Below are positions 29,292-37,598 of a stretch of DNA of 39,022 bases, piece after piece; the stretch's first letter is position 1; every line of letters begins with the position of its first letter. The DNA comes from Candidatus Bathyarchaeia archaeon (GTDB taxonomy: Archaea > Thermoproteota > Bathyarchaeia > Bathyarchaeales > Bathycorpusculaceae), in the NCBI GenBank assembly GCA_049516875.1, contig JBEKSS010000015.1, forward strand, positions 1-39,022. Direction: 5' to 3'. The notes under the pieces were generated by a model. That model ran no database searches. It had not been told where the DNA came from and was given only the letters and a program-made list of their open reading frames with translations. The position numbers and the translations under genes are program-made.

Positions 29292-29525
29292 CTATTCAAT
29301 CGAGTTGACTACTAACTGATCGGCGAATATGTCTGTGACGCCGTTGTTAAGGTTTATGACGCGAAATTCAAGTCCGTAACTCAAGTAGCTTGGTGTAGTG
29401 AACGCTAACTGGAAGTCTTGCCAAGTGTTAGAGGATGTAAAGTCATTGGCCTTGATGATCATTAATTGAATTACTGTGCCAGCATTGTAGCAGACATCAA
29501 CACGAACAACATTATCAAGCTTTCC
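29292..29525 (-). pseudogene. Startless C-terminal fragment of a beta-rich secreted protein
   Basis: LDNVVRVDVCYNAGTVIQLMIIKANDFTSSNTWQDFQLAFTTPSYLSYGLEFRVINLNNGVTDIFADQLVVNSIE*. Confidence 0.55.
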
Positions 29526-29973
29526 TGTAACGATTAAGTCTAATGTTGTCCAAGGCTACAAGGATTTCTGGAACGACTGTATCCTCGCTTTAGTTGTTCC
29601 AGACGAGAATGTTTTCTATGCACAAAGAGTGAGCGACTTGCAAATTAAGGAGAAATATGACCCTGCCACCGATTTCTGTGGAATACGCGAATTCTTCCAA
29701 GATATAGACGAATACGAATTTCTGCACTACAAAACCTTGACGAGGAACTTGCTGTTAAACTTGAAACAGATGAAGTCTCGCAGGTATTAGGTAACCTTCA
29801 GAAGCGCTCGCTAACCACTATGATATTTCTCAATGTAGTCTAAGTGCGCGCGTTCTCAATCGAGGAAATTGGACAGCTATCAAACTGAAATAACGAAAGA
29901 GTGCGCCGCGGCAAAGTTTTATCCCAACCCCAATTCTGGTTCTGAATTTCCGATTCATAAACGATAAGTTAAA

Positions 29974-31188
29974 TCAATTGGGATACTTAGAGCGCGCGCG
30001 TTTGCTGATTCTCAATTTGTTTTTCCGTACGAGATTGAATATGAAAGCAAGCGTTACCGCAACATAACCATAGAAGAGGCTGATGCTTAGGGAGAGGAAC
30101 AAGGTCGAAGGAACTGATGCCCAAGGCGCTTGGGCTGCAAGTCCCATTGTCAGATTAAGGAGCGAGCTGCTCAGCGGAAGCATTAAGACCCCCAGAATAA
30201 TTCCTTCTGCAATGTATTGGCAAACTGCTAATCTTTGTCTCACTTCGATTAGGGCTTTTTCAATAATACTCACGATTGAAAACATGCCCGCCGCAGTCAA
30301 AAGGATAAGAATCAGGGTTTCAGCTAAAGTTGTCCTAGTAGTAGTTGGGACTGGAATGGTGAAAGTGAAGGTTACGGCAAATACGAAGAGCGATAAACAG
30401 ACTGAAAGTCGATATTCCAGTCTGTCCGGCTTTATGAAGGGAAGACTACCAACAAGAGCATAGCAGATTCCCAACACCACTATGATCAAGTTGGTCGCAG
30501 AAGCTGGTCTAAAGAGAATCATTTTGCAGTTTAGACTTGCATACTCCACTCCCGCCAGTAGTCCCTCTGAAGCCGTCGACAATTCATAGGTTATGTTGGA
30601 AAATTTCGGATACGTTCCTCCTGGTGTTGCAGGGTCGGTTGTCCAGTCAAATTCCCCTACCCGAGAAGCTAGGTTAAACCATGTGTTAGTCTGGTTGATT
30701 ATGGAGCTGGCCGAAACGTTCCATTCCCGAACGCGAAGGGGTAGCACAAACGTAATGTTTAGCATGTAACTGTCAAATGGATAGAGTTGTGTCGGACCAA
30801 CAAGTTGAAAGCTGGTTGTCACGTTGCCTGCATAATTGTTAGGTCCCGGGAATCCCATCATCGAAGAGAATAAAGGAATTTGTACCCCACCATATATTGG
30901 CCCGATCGAGGCGCCTTCGTACCATTGCTGAAGAAAGGGCGCGCGCGCCAAAAATGGGTCGGTTAGGTTGTACGGACAGGCGCTAACATAAATCTCAACA
31001 TAAGCGTCGAATGCGCGTGCGCTCCAGTCTATGCGCGTTAGCCAAACGGAAAACCGGAAAGAAGTGCTTTCTGTTTGCGCTTCAGACTTTTCGGTCGACT
31101 GAGAAAGGCAGCTTGAAACAAAACCCAAAGAGAACACCGTTATCAGAACGAGGGCAAATACAACAGATGGTGTATACCTTAGACCCAT
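29974..31188 (-). CDS. Multi-pass membrane protein with pentameric ligand-gated ion channel (Pro-loop)-like architecture
   Basis: Signal peptide, beta-rich ectodomain containing LYPFDSY, then M1-M2-M3-like helices (..LPFIKPDRLEYRLSVCLSLFVFAVTF..TLAETLIL..). The gene is confident; the family call is tentative. Confidence 0.6.
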   Translation of the reverse strand: MGLRYTPSVVFALVLITVFSLGFVSSCLSQSTEKSEAQTESTSFRFSVWLTRIDWSARAFDAYVEIYVSACPYNLTDPFLARAPFLQQWYEGASIGPIYGGVQIPLFSSMMGFPGPNNYAGNVTTSFQLVGPTQLYPFDSYMLNITFVLPLRVREWNVSASSIINQTNTWFNLASRVGEFDWTTDPATPGGTYPKFSNITYELSTASEGLLAGVEYASLNCKMILFRPASATNLIIVVLGICYALVGSLPFIKPDRLEYRLSVCLSLFVFAVTFTFTIPVPTTTRTTLAETLILILLTAAGMFSIVSIIEKALIEVRQRLAVCQYIAEGIILGVLMLPLSSSLLNLTMGLAAQAPWASVPSTLFLSLSISLFYGYVAVTLAFIFNLVRKNKLRISKRARSKYPN

Positions 31189-31510
31189 ATTACATAATAA
31201 ACACGTTTAGAAGCTTAAACGTTTTTCAGCGCGCGAAGGTTTATAACGTCAGATGGGCGTCGTCGCCCGTAGTCGTTGAGGGAGGAGGAGTTTAAAACTT
31301 TACCCACATACTTAAAAAACACTTGCAGTGATTAGAAACGCGCCCAAAACGATGAAAAGTCGCATTCGCCACCAAGTTGCTGATTTGCTTTTGCGAATCA
31401 AAACTTCAAAAACGACTCCAAGAAACATTGCAGCTATCCCAGAGAATAGGAGCCCTGCATTCATCTATCCTGCCCTAAATCCAGTAGGCAAGAACTATGA
31501 TATCTGCGTT

Positions 31511-31570
31511 TTCTTCTATCAGTCCTTTGAGCCAATTTTGGTTTTGCGGAAAAGTTATAGTTTAACGAAA
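31511..31570 (+). repeat. Cassette-junction/promoter repeat, copy 2 (long form)
   Basis: ttcttctatcagtcctttgagccaattttggttttgcggaaaagttatagtttaacgaaa. Confidence 0.88.
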
Positions 31571-31663
31571 GCATCATTGAGACGTTAGCCGAGAACTGTA
31601 AACGACAGGAGTCGAAGACATATTGAACGTAGAAATACCAAAAGAAGGATTGGGGGAAACGAC

Positions 31664-31897
31664 ATGAAGAATACTGAATGCACAATCTATATCACAACTA
31701 GGCACGGCAAGACACAGAGTTACCGCAAAGGGAAGAACGGCTGGACACAAACCAGTTCAAACGGTATAGTCCGCCCCCTTACCGCAGAACAACTGTTGTC
31801 ACACATCTTGCCACCACTCGCAATCGGACATCTTAGCGTTAGGGTGGAACCCGACAATAGAGGAATAAGAAATGATAAAAAGGAGAGTAACTCTTAG
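31664..31897 (+). CDS. Small hypothetical protein
   Basis: 77-aa ORF (..TAEQLLSHILPPLA..) downstream of repeat copy 2. Confidence 0.65.
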   Translation: MKNTECTIYITTRHGKTQSYRKGKNGWTQTSSNGIVRPLTAEQLLSHILPPLAIGHLSVRVEPDNRGIRNDKKESNS

Positions 31898-31976
31898 AGG
31901 GGCGGGACACATCTCAAACATGGAAACTCCGAGAGAATTGAATGAGGCTGTATTGAGTTTTCTTGTGAATGTCTGA
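31884..31976 (+). pseudogene. C-terminal fragment of an alpha/beta hydrolase
   Basis: RVTLRGAGHISNMETPRELNEAVLSFL, the catalytic-His region only. Confidence 0.6.
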
Positions 31977-32207
31977 GATAACACAGTTATGTTTTTTATG
32001 TTGAACAGTTTAGACATTTGGTTTTTAAGTCAGTTTGACCCGTTGACTACTTCTTCCTTTGAAAACATTCCATGCAGATAGCAACTATCTTGACGTTATG
32101 AATGGGTTGACGCATGACTAGACCTTTCGCGAATACAGTTACGTAACCTAATGGTTTTCCACATTTTTGGCATCTAACTGGTTCAGCGTCATTCATTTCT
32201 TCACCAC

Positions 32208-32277
32208 TAGAGCAATTCTCTATCAGTCCTTTTAAGCCAGTTTTCGGTTTTGCGGAAAAGTTATATCAGAACCGAAA
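32208..32277 (+). repeat. Cassette-junction/promoter repeat, copy 3 (long form)
   Basis: tagagcaattctctatcagtccttttaagccagttttcggttttgcggaaaagttatatcagaaccgaaa. Confidence 0.9.
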
Positions 32278-32312
32278 GAGACTGCGTTGTTAGGCAAACG
32301 GAGGTATTATGA

Positions 32313-32789
32313 GTGATTGGTATAACGGAAATCTCCGCAATAGTTGCAGCAGCAGGCGTGTTGGTAGGTGTTGTTCTGACTGTTCAGGAACTTAGACATC
32401 TTGTAAGGCAGAGACAAACAGACCTTGTAACTAGACTCTCCTATGATATCTCTACAAACAAAGAATTCTTAGAAGCGTTCGTGGATACTCTTGAGGTTGA
32501 GTTTAAAGACTACGATGACTTTGTGAAGAGGTTTGGAAGACCCATTTCTAGAAACCAGGTTCCCATGTCGTTCATGATGATGGGCAACTTCTTTGAGCAA
32601 ATTGGGGTTCTTTTCAGAAATAGGCTCATAGACGTTTCTCTGATTAGTCAACTTTTTCCCATAGACATAGTGTGGGAGAAGATGAAACCTCTTGTGGAAG
32701 GTATGAGAAAGGAATATCATAACCCAGGTTTTTTTGAGTGGTTTGAGTATCTCTACAATGAAATGAAGAAAAGAGAACAACGACAATAG
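32313..32789 (+). CDS. Membrane-anchored paralog family member 2 (DUF4760-like, tentative)
   Basis: Same conserved N- and C-termini as 28019 and 37128. Confidence 0.85.
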   Translation: MIGITEISAIVAAAGVLVGVVLTVQELRHLVRQRQTDLVTRLSYDISTNKEFLEAFVDTLEVEFKDYDDFVKRFGRPISRNQVPMSFMMMGNFFEQIGVLFRNRLIDVSLISQLFPIDIVWEKMKPLVEGMRKEYHNPGFFEWFEYLYNEMKKREQRQ

Positions 32790-32822
32790 AGCATTCTTCT
32801 ATCAGTCCTTTAGAGCCAGTTT
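32787..32822 (+). repeat. 5' half of the junction repeat, overlapping the stop codon
   Basis: tagagcattcttctatcagtcctttagagccagttt. Confidence 0.8.
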
Positions 32823-32945
32823 GACCCTTGATTTTAGCGTTTTCATGTTCTAGGCTTTCAACATATTCCTTATGTGTCTCGGTCTTCACTTTGTTCTTCT
32901 GGCGATATGATATGTCAATCCGAAATCCTACCAAAAGCAGGGTCT

Positions 32946-33134
32946 TCGGGAGCAATTAGTGTCGTTGGCTATACGATCGTACAACCAAGACTGCAAAAGG
33001 CAACAGGGGGAGTTGATACCTGCGGCGTTCATAACCTCCACGGGATGCCAGGCTTATTTGGCGGATTAATCGCATTAACATTGGTTGCGTCTCCATTATG
33101 GCAACTTACTGGCGTGATGATAGTTGTGGCTTGA
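32946..33134 (+). pseudogene. Rh-type (Rh50) ammonium transporter fragment
   Basis: GAISVVGYTIVQPRLQKATGGVDTCGVHNLHGMPGLFGG, the Rh-family DTCGVHNLHGMPG signature. Confidence 0.75.
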
Positions 33135-33495
33135 GGAAAGAGGCTACTGAAACGGCAGTGTAAGCACGATTCAGCATGCAGCCCATTATCTCTGCAAAAG
33201 AGGGGATATAGCGGAAATCAGGGCATAATAGGGTACGTATATAGGTAGTATCGGAATCGAGTATACGGTCGCGTCAATTCCTTTTCAAGAATCTATCATA
33301 GGATGGCTGTATCTTTTTTGAGACGTCTTTATTTTTTCTTATTTGCTTTTTTAGCGCATTGGACACTGCACAAACCAAACCAACAACTACGATTGTACTG
33401 CGTGCGCTTACCCGTGGCTCTGGTCTCGGCATGCTAGATCTAAACCAACTATTGGCATGTCCCTCAAGACCCACGCATGATGGTTCATGAGAGCG

Positions 33496-34191
33496 CTACT
33501 TCAAAGCCTTTTCTATGACTTCCACCGAGAAGGGTTTTCCATGTCCAGGGTAGACCGTTCTAACACCAAGTTTCAACAATTTTCTCCAGCTTTCCTTCAC
33601 CTTCTCCATATCGTCGACAAAGACCGGTAGCCCTGGATTGTGCCTCAACGGAAGCTTGTTCATCGCAAGATCTCCGACAAAAGCCTCTCCTGAATCCAAG
33701 AGCACACTAAGTGAACCTATAGTGTGTCCAGGAGTGTAGACGACTTGCCCATGAATTCCATAATTGGCTAAATCCGCGCCTGTGTCATCAATGGTGACGT
33801 CTACGGCGCAAGTCGCAACTTTGGAATGGCGTAGGGCGACAATCGAATTGGACATCCCTGCAGCTATCGAGCTCCAAAGCCCTGTGCCTTTGAGCCTGTG
33901 TCCTGTGGTATTCCATTCTCCAGTTTCGAGGCACACCTTGTCCAGTTGATGCATAGCGATTCTGGCTCTTGTGATTTCTTTTATGTCCTTGGCAGAACCC
34001 ATGTGGTCTGGGTGCCCATGCGTAATAACATTTAGCTTGATGTCTTGGGGTTCCATCCGAATACTTTTCATCGCTCTTACGAAATCGGTTTTTTTGCCAG
34101 GTACACCAGCATCAATCAATATGACGCCTTGATCTCGGATTACGTAACAATCATTAAACCCAAGAGAAAACGGAAAAATCTCCACGTTCAT
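33496..34191 (-). CDS. MBL-fold metallo-hydrolase
   Basis: ILIDAG, THGHPDHMG, TPGHTIGS, FVGD, YPGHG; ATG 34191. Confidence 0.92.
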   Translation of the reverse strand: MNVEIFPFSLGFNDCYVIRDQGVILIDAGVPGKKTDFVRAMKSIRMEPQDIKLNVITHGHPDHMGSAKDIKEITRARIAMHQLDKVCLETGEWNTTGHRLKGTGLWSSIAAGMSNSIVALRHSKVATCAVDVTIDDTGADLANYGIHGQVVYTPGHTIGSLSVLLDSGEAFVGDLAMNKLPLRHNPGLPVFVDDMEKVKESWRKLLKLGVRTVYPGHGKPFSVEVIEKALK

Positions 34192-34265
34192 TTGAACGAC
34201 CTGCCTGCGCGGCAGGTGTATGAGGTTTCGGATATAAGACTTTACCCCCAAACCCAAAAAAGACG

Positions 34266-34293
34266 TTGCGGAAAAGTTATAGCTGAACCGAAA
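34266..34293 (+). repeat. Cassette-junction/promoter repeat, copy 4
   Basis: ttgcggaaaagttatagctgaaccgaaa. Confidence 0.9.
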
Positions 34294-34319
34294 GTAACTG
34301 TGTGGATTGGTGAGTTGAG

Positions 34320-34865
34320 TTGCTTGAAGGTAAAAATGTGAATCTGAGGGTAATGGAGAAAGAGGACCTACCACAAATTACAGAATGGTTTAACAACACT
34401 GAATTCCTCGGTGAATACATGGGTCCGTTTGCAGTGCGTAGGGCTGAGATGGAGAAGGCATGTTTTCCTGAGGTTGACCCTTTTGAGCGGAAATGGTTTT
34501 TCATCGAGAAGAAAGACGGAAGCAAAATTGGTTACATTTGGCATTCTAACATGCTTAATCCCTATATGAAAATGCTGGAACTAGGCTATGGTCTCGTTCC
34601 AAGTGAGAGAGGAAAAGGCTATTGCACTGAAGCTGCACAGCTAATGGTGGACTATCTGTTTCTCTCGAAGGATATTACACGAATAATAGCAACAACCCAC
34701 ACCAAAAATGTAGCTTCTCAGAAGGCCCTAGAAAAAGTTGGGTTCAAAAAAGAAGGCACTTTGAGAAAAACCTATCTACTCAGAGGAGAATGGACAGACA
34801 TGTTCATCTTCAGCATTCTCAGAGAAGAATGGAAAGAACCAAAAATACTCACAAAAACCATTTGA
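34320..34865 (+). CDS. RimJ/RimL-family GNAT acetyltransferase, paralog 1
   Basis: ELGYGLVPSERGKGYCTEA, NVASQKALEKVGFKKEG. Confidence 0.92.
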   Translation: MLEGKNVNLRVMEKEDLPQITEWFNNTEFLGEYMGPFAVRRAEMEKACFPEVDPFERKWFFIEKKDGSKIGYIWHSNMLNPYMKMLELGYGLVPSERGKGYCTEAAQLMVDYLFLSKDITRIIATTHTKNVASQKALEKVGFKKEGTLRKTYLLRGEWTDMFIFSILREEWKEPKILTKTI

Positions 34866-34963
34866 AGAAAGCCAGTCTCCGATTCCACAGAAGAGCTATA
34901 GCTTGCGAAAGACCTCTTGTGCTTGGGTTTTAAAAAGGAAGGTCGCCATCATATTCTTTCATT

Positions 34964-35548
34964 ATGCATTATTCGTTGGTTCATTATCCGAAGTTTGAAA
35001 GGAAGACTGAGGAGAATATCGAGGCTTTTCGTAGAAAATATGATTCATTCGTAGATTGTTGGAAACCACACATACCGTTCATATTCCCAGTCCCTTGTAA
35101 TGAGATTGAAGAAGGAAAATTCACAGAGCACGTTGAAACCGTATTGAAGAAATGGAAACCTTTCCACATTCAAATAGGAGGCTTTACGAAATCTTGGGAC
35201 CACTGGTTGCTTCTTCTAATGAAAAAAGGAAATGAAAAAGCAATTGCCTTGCATGATGAACTGTACACTGGCATTTTGTCGCCTTACCTAAGGAGAGATA
35301 TTGAGTATATTCCCCATATTGGTATTGGCTTGTTTGTTAAAAAAGACGCTGGTTACAATGCTCTTGACCCAAGAATAGTTGACTTTGATGCGAAACTGTA
35401 TTCCCAAGCATTGAAAGAAGCGGAATCCCTCAGGATAGACAGCTTTGACACTGTTGATAGACTGGTTCTGAACAAAGTAATCTTGAAAGTACACACGTCT
35501 CTCCACATAGAACGAACGGTCGTCAGTTCAAAAGAAATAAAGCTATAA
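34964..35548 (+). CDS. 2H phosphoesterase / 2'-5' RNA ligase family (YjcG-like)
   Basis: FRRKYD, two HxT-like motifs (PHIPF, PHIGI), LHDELY. Confidence 0.78.
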   Translation: MHYSLVHYPKFERKTEENIEAFRRKYDSFVDCWKPHIPFIFPVPCNEIEEGKFTEHVETVLKKWKPFHIQIGGFTKSWDHWLLLLMKKGNEKAIALHDELYTGILSPYLRRDIEYIPHIGIGLFVKKDAGYNALDPRIVDFDAKLYSQALKEAESLRIDSFDTVDRLVLNKVILKVHTSLHIERTVVSSKEIKL

Positions 35549-35561
35549 TACGCCCACGAAA

Positions 35562-35629
35562 TAGAAGACACTTCTATCAGTCTTTTAAGCCAGTTTTCGG
35601 CTTTGCGGAAAAAGCTATAGCTGAACCGA
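35562..35629 (+). repeat. Cassette-junction/promoter repeat, copy 5 (long form)
   Basis: tagaagacacttctatcagtcttttaagccagttttcggctttgcggaaaaagctatagctgaaccga. Confidence 0.9.
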
Positions 35630-35686
35630 CTTAAACAGTTGGATTTGTCTCTATATTGAGGAAAGAGCAAGGAGGCGATATTCATC

Positions 35687-35986
35687 ATGGAAAGGAGTTT
35701 AGAAAATCAACCCTTCAAGAACCGTGAACACGTAATGGCTGAAATCAGAAGATGCGCGTTGATGGGTCTCATTTGTCAATATCTTAGCTTCCTATTCGTT
35801 GCGTTAGGAATCATTGGTGATGCCCTAAACGTTAAACTTGGCTTAGAGTCAATATCTTGGTTTCTGCTGGCAATTGTTGCTGGTCTGAATGCCATAATTG
35901 GTCACACGCATACAGTTGTAGCTAAGCATCTGCTCGGCATAGAAGCTGAAAGCAAAAAAGGCAAAATTGAACTACTTAAGCAGTAG
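35687..35986 (+). CDS. Small 2-TM membrane protein
   Basis: 99-aa ORF with a GGAGG RBS, located between repeat copies 5 and 6. Confidence 0.7.
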   Translation: MERSLENQPFKNREHVMAEIRRCALMGLICQYLSFLFVALGIIGDALNVKLGLESISWFLLAIVAGLNAIIGHTHTVVAKHLLGIEAESKKGKIELLKQ

Positions 35987-36002
35987 GCATTAAGACTGGA
36001 CT

Positions 36003-36072
36003 TAGAAGACTTCCATCAGTTTTATTAAAGCCACTTTTTTTGGTTTTGCGGAAAAGTTATAGCCGAACCGAA
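36003..36072 (+). repeat. Cassette-junction/promoter repeat, copy 6 (long form)
   Basis: tagaagacttccatcagttttattaaagccactttttttggttttgcggaaaagttatagccgaaccgaa. Confidence 0.9.
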
Positions 36073-36091
36073 CAGATGGAGTTTTCGGAGA

Positions 36092-36442
36092 TTGTATTTG
36101 ACTGAGTTTATGGTCGTTACTTGGGCTGTAGTTCAGGGTCGTGTCGAACAACACGAAGAGAGCGTAAAGAGAATCATGGCTTACTGGCATAAGAACGCAA
36201 AAAGGTTCAAGCTAAGGTCTCTGAGATACTATTCACAGGCAATAGGCGGTGACCCATTCACTCTTGGTCGAGTGATGGTTTACGAATATGATTCTCTTGC
36301 AGACTGGGAGTATTTCGAGAAGGAAATGGAAAAAGACAAGAAAGCCATGGCGTTAAAAGACCAACTCTTTGCCAATATTGACCTGAAAACCCGCAGAGTA
36401 GTGGAGTGGCAGGATAAACAAAGAAGCTCTTGGCTAGAATAG
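36092..36442 (+). CDS. Small dimeric alpha/beta-barrel (NIPSNAP-like) protein
   Basis: VMVYEYDSLADWE pattern; located between repeat copies 6 and 7. Confidence 0.65.
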   Translation: MYLTEFMVVTWAVVQGRVEQHEESVKRIMAYWHKNAKRFKLRSLRYYSQAIGGDPFTLGRVMVYEYDSLADWEYFEKEMEKDKKAMALKDQLFANIDLKTRRVVEWQDKQRSSWLE

Positions 36443-36453
36443 CGACACATGCG

Positions 36454-36480
36454 TTTGCGGAAAAGTTATAGCCGAATCGA
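36454..36480 (+). repeat. Cassette-junction/promoter repeat, copy 7
   Basis: tttgcggaaaagttatagccgaatcga. Confidence 0.9.
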
Positions 36481-36507
36481 CTTGAAATGTTGGGTTGGTG
36501 AGTTAAC

Positions 36508-37044
36508 TTGCTTGAAGGTAAAAATGTGAATTTGAGGATTATGGAGAAAGAGGACTTGCCACTAATTGCAGAATGGTTCAACAAGCCTGAGGTCTTTGGT
36601 GAATACAATCCTCTACATCAGGTGTCCAGAACAGAAGCAGAAAAAATGTTTGAGAACCCTCATGAAGAGAAGTCATTCATCATAGAGAAAAAGGACGGAA
36701 GCAAGATTGGTTTCATAGGTCATTTTTATGTCCTACATGTTGCGGGCAAGCAACTAGAAATAGGCTATAGCTTAGTGCCAAGTGAGAGGGGAAAAGGGTA
36801 CTGTACCGAAGCTACACAGTTAATGGTGGATTACTTGTTTCTCTCAAAAGACACAATGCGTATTCAAGCCCAAACTGACCCAAGAAATGTAGCCTCTAAC
36901 AAACTCTTAGAGAAAGTTGGGTTTAAGAAGGAAGGAACACTTCGTAAAAGCTTTTTCATGAGAGGAGAATGGGTAGATTCCTATATCTACAGTATCCTGA
37001 GAGAAGAATGGAAACAACCAAAAATACTAACAAAAACCGCTTGA
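36508..37044 (+). CDS. RimJ/RimL-family GNAT acetyltransferase, paralog 2
   Basis: Near-identical ends to 34320 (MLEGKNVNLR.MEKEDLP ... SILREEWK.PKILTKT). Confidence 0.92.
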   Translation: MLEGKNVNLRIMEKEDLPLIAEWFNKPEVFGEYNPLHQVSRTEAEKMFENPHEEKSFIIEKKDGSKIGFIGHFYVLHVAGKQLEIGYSLVPSERGKGYCTEATQLMVDYLFLSKDTMRIQAQTDPRNVASNKLLEKVGFKKEGTLRKSFFMRGEWVDSYIYSILREEWKQPKILTKTA

Positions 37045-37047
37045 AGA

Positions 37048-37089
37048 AAGCCAGTTTTTGGTTTTGCGGAAAAGTTATAGCCGAATCGA
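37048..37089 (+). repeat. Cassette-junction/promoter repeat, copy 8
   Basis: aagccagtttttggttttgcggaaaagttatagccgaatcga. Confidence 0.9.
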
Positions 37090-37127
37090 GATAGACTACA
37101 TTGTTTGGCAATTGATAGGTGTTATGG

Positions 37128-37598
37128 ATGGTTGACATAACAGAGATTTCAGCCATTGTTGCAGCAGCAGGCGTGTTGGTAGGTGTTGTCTATTACATTC
37201 TGGATATGAGACAACAGATGCAGATTAGACAGACTGACATGGTCATGGGGTTATACGCCACATTTGGAAGCACGGAGTTTCAAAAAGCGTATCAGAAGGT
37301 AACAAACTTGGAATGCAAGGATTATGCCGATTATATGAAAAGATACGCAAAAGATGTTGAAGTTAGGGGTGGAATGTGGACTGTGACAATTTTCTTTGAG
37401 GGAGTAGGAGTGCTCGCCATGAGAAAGCTGATAAAGATGGATTTGGTAGACTTCTTGTTCAGTTCCGTCATTATACGAACTTGGGAAAGAGTGGCACAAT
37501 TCGTGAAGGGATTTAGAGAGGATGAGAAAAGCCCTTCAACTTGTGAATGCTTTGAATATCTCTACAATGAAATGAAGAAAAGAGAGCAACGAAAATAG
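37128..37598 (+). CDS. Membrane-anchored paralog family member 3 (DUF4760-like, tentative)
   Basis: MVDITEISAIVAAAGVLVGVV ... FEYLYNEMKKREQRK; followed by a degenerate repeat half (37596-37630). Confidence 0.85.
   Translation: MVDITEISAIVAAAGVLVGVVYYILDMRQQMQIRQTDMVMGLYATFGSTEFQKAYQKVTNLECKDYADYMKRYAKDVEVRGGMWTVTIFFEGVGVLAMRKLIKMDLVDFLFSSVIIRTWERVAQFVKGFREDEKSPSTCECFEYLYNEMKKREQRK

Noticed and set aside
31255-31268. tRNA or attachment site at the GGGCG-TCGT-CGCCC hairpin
   Set aside because: No cloverleaf, T-loop or acceptor stem is discernible.
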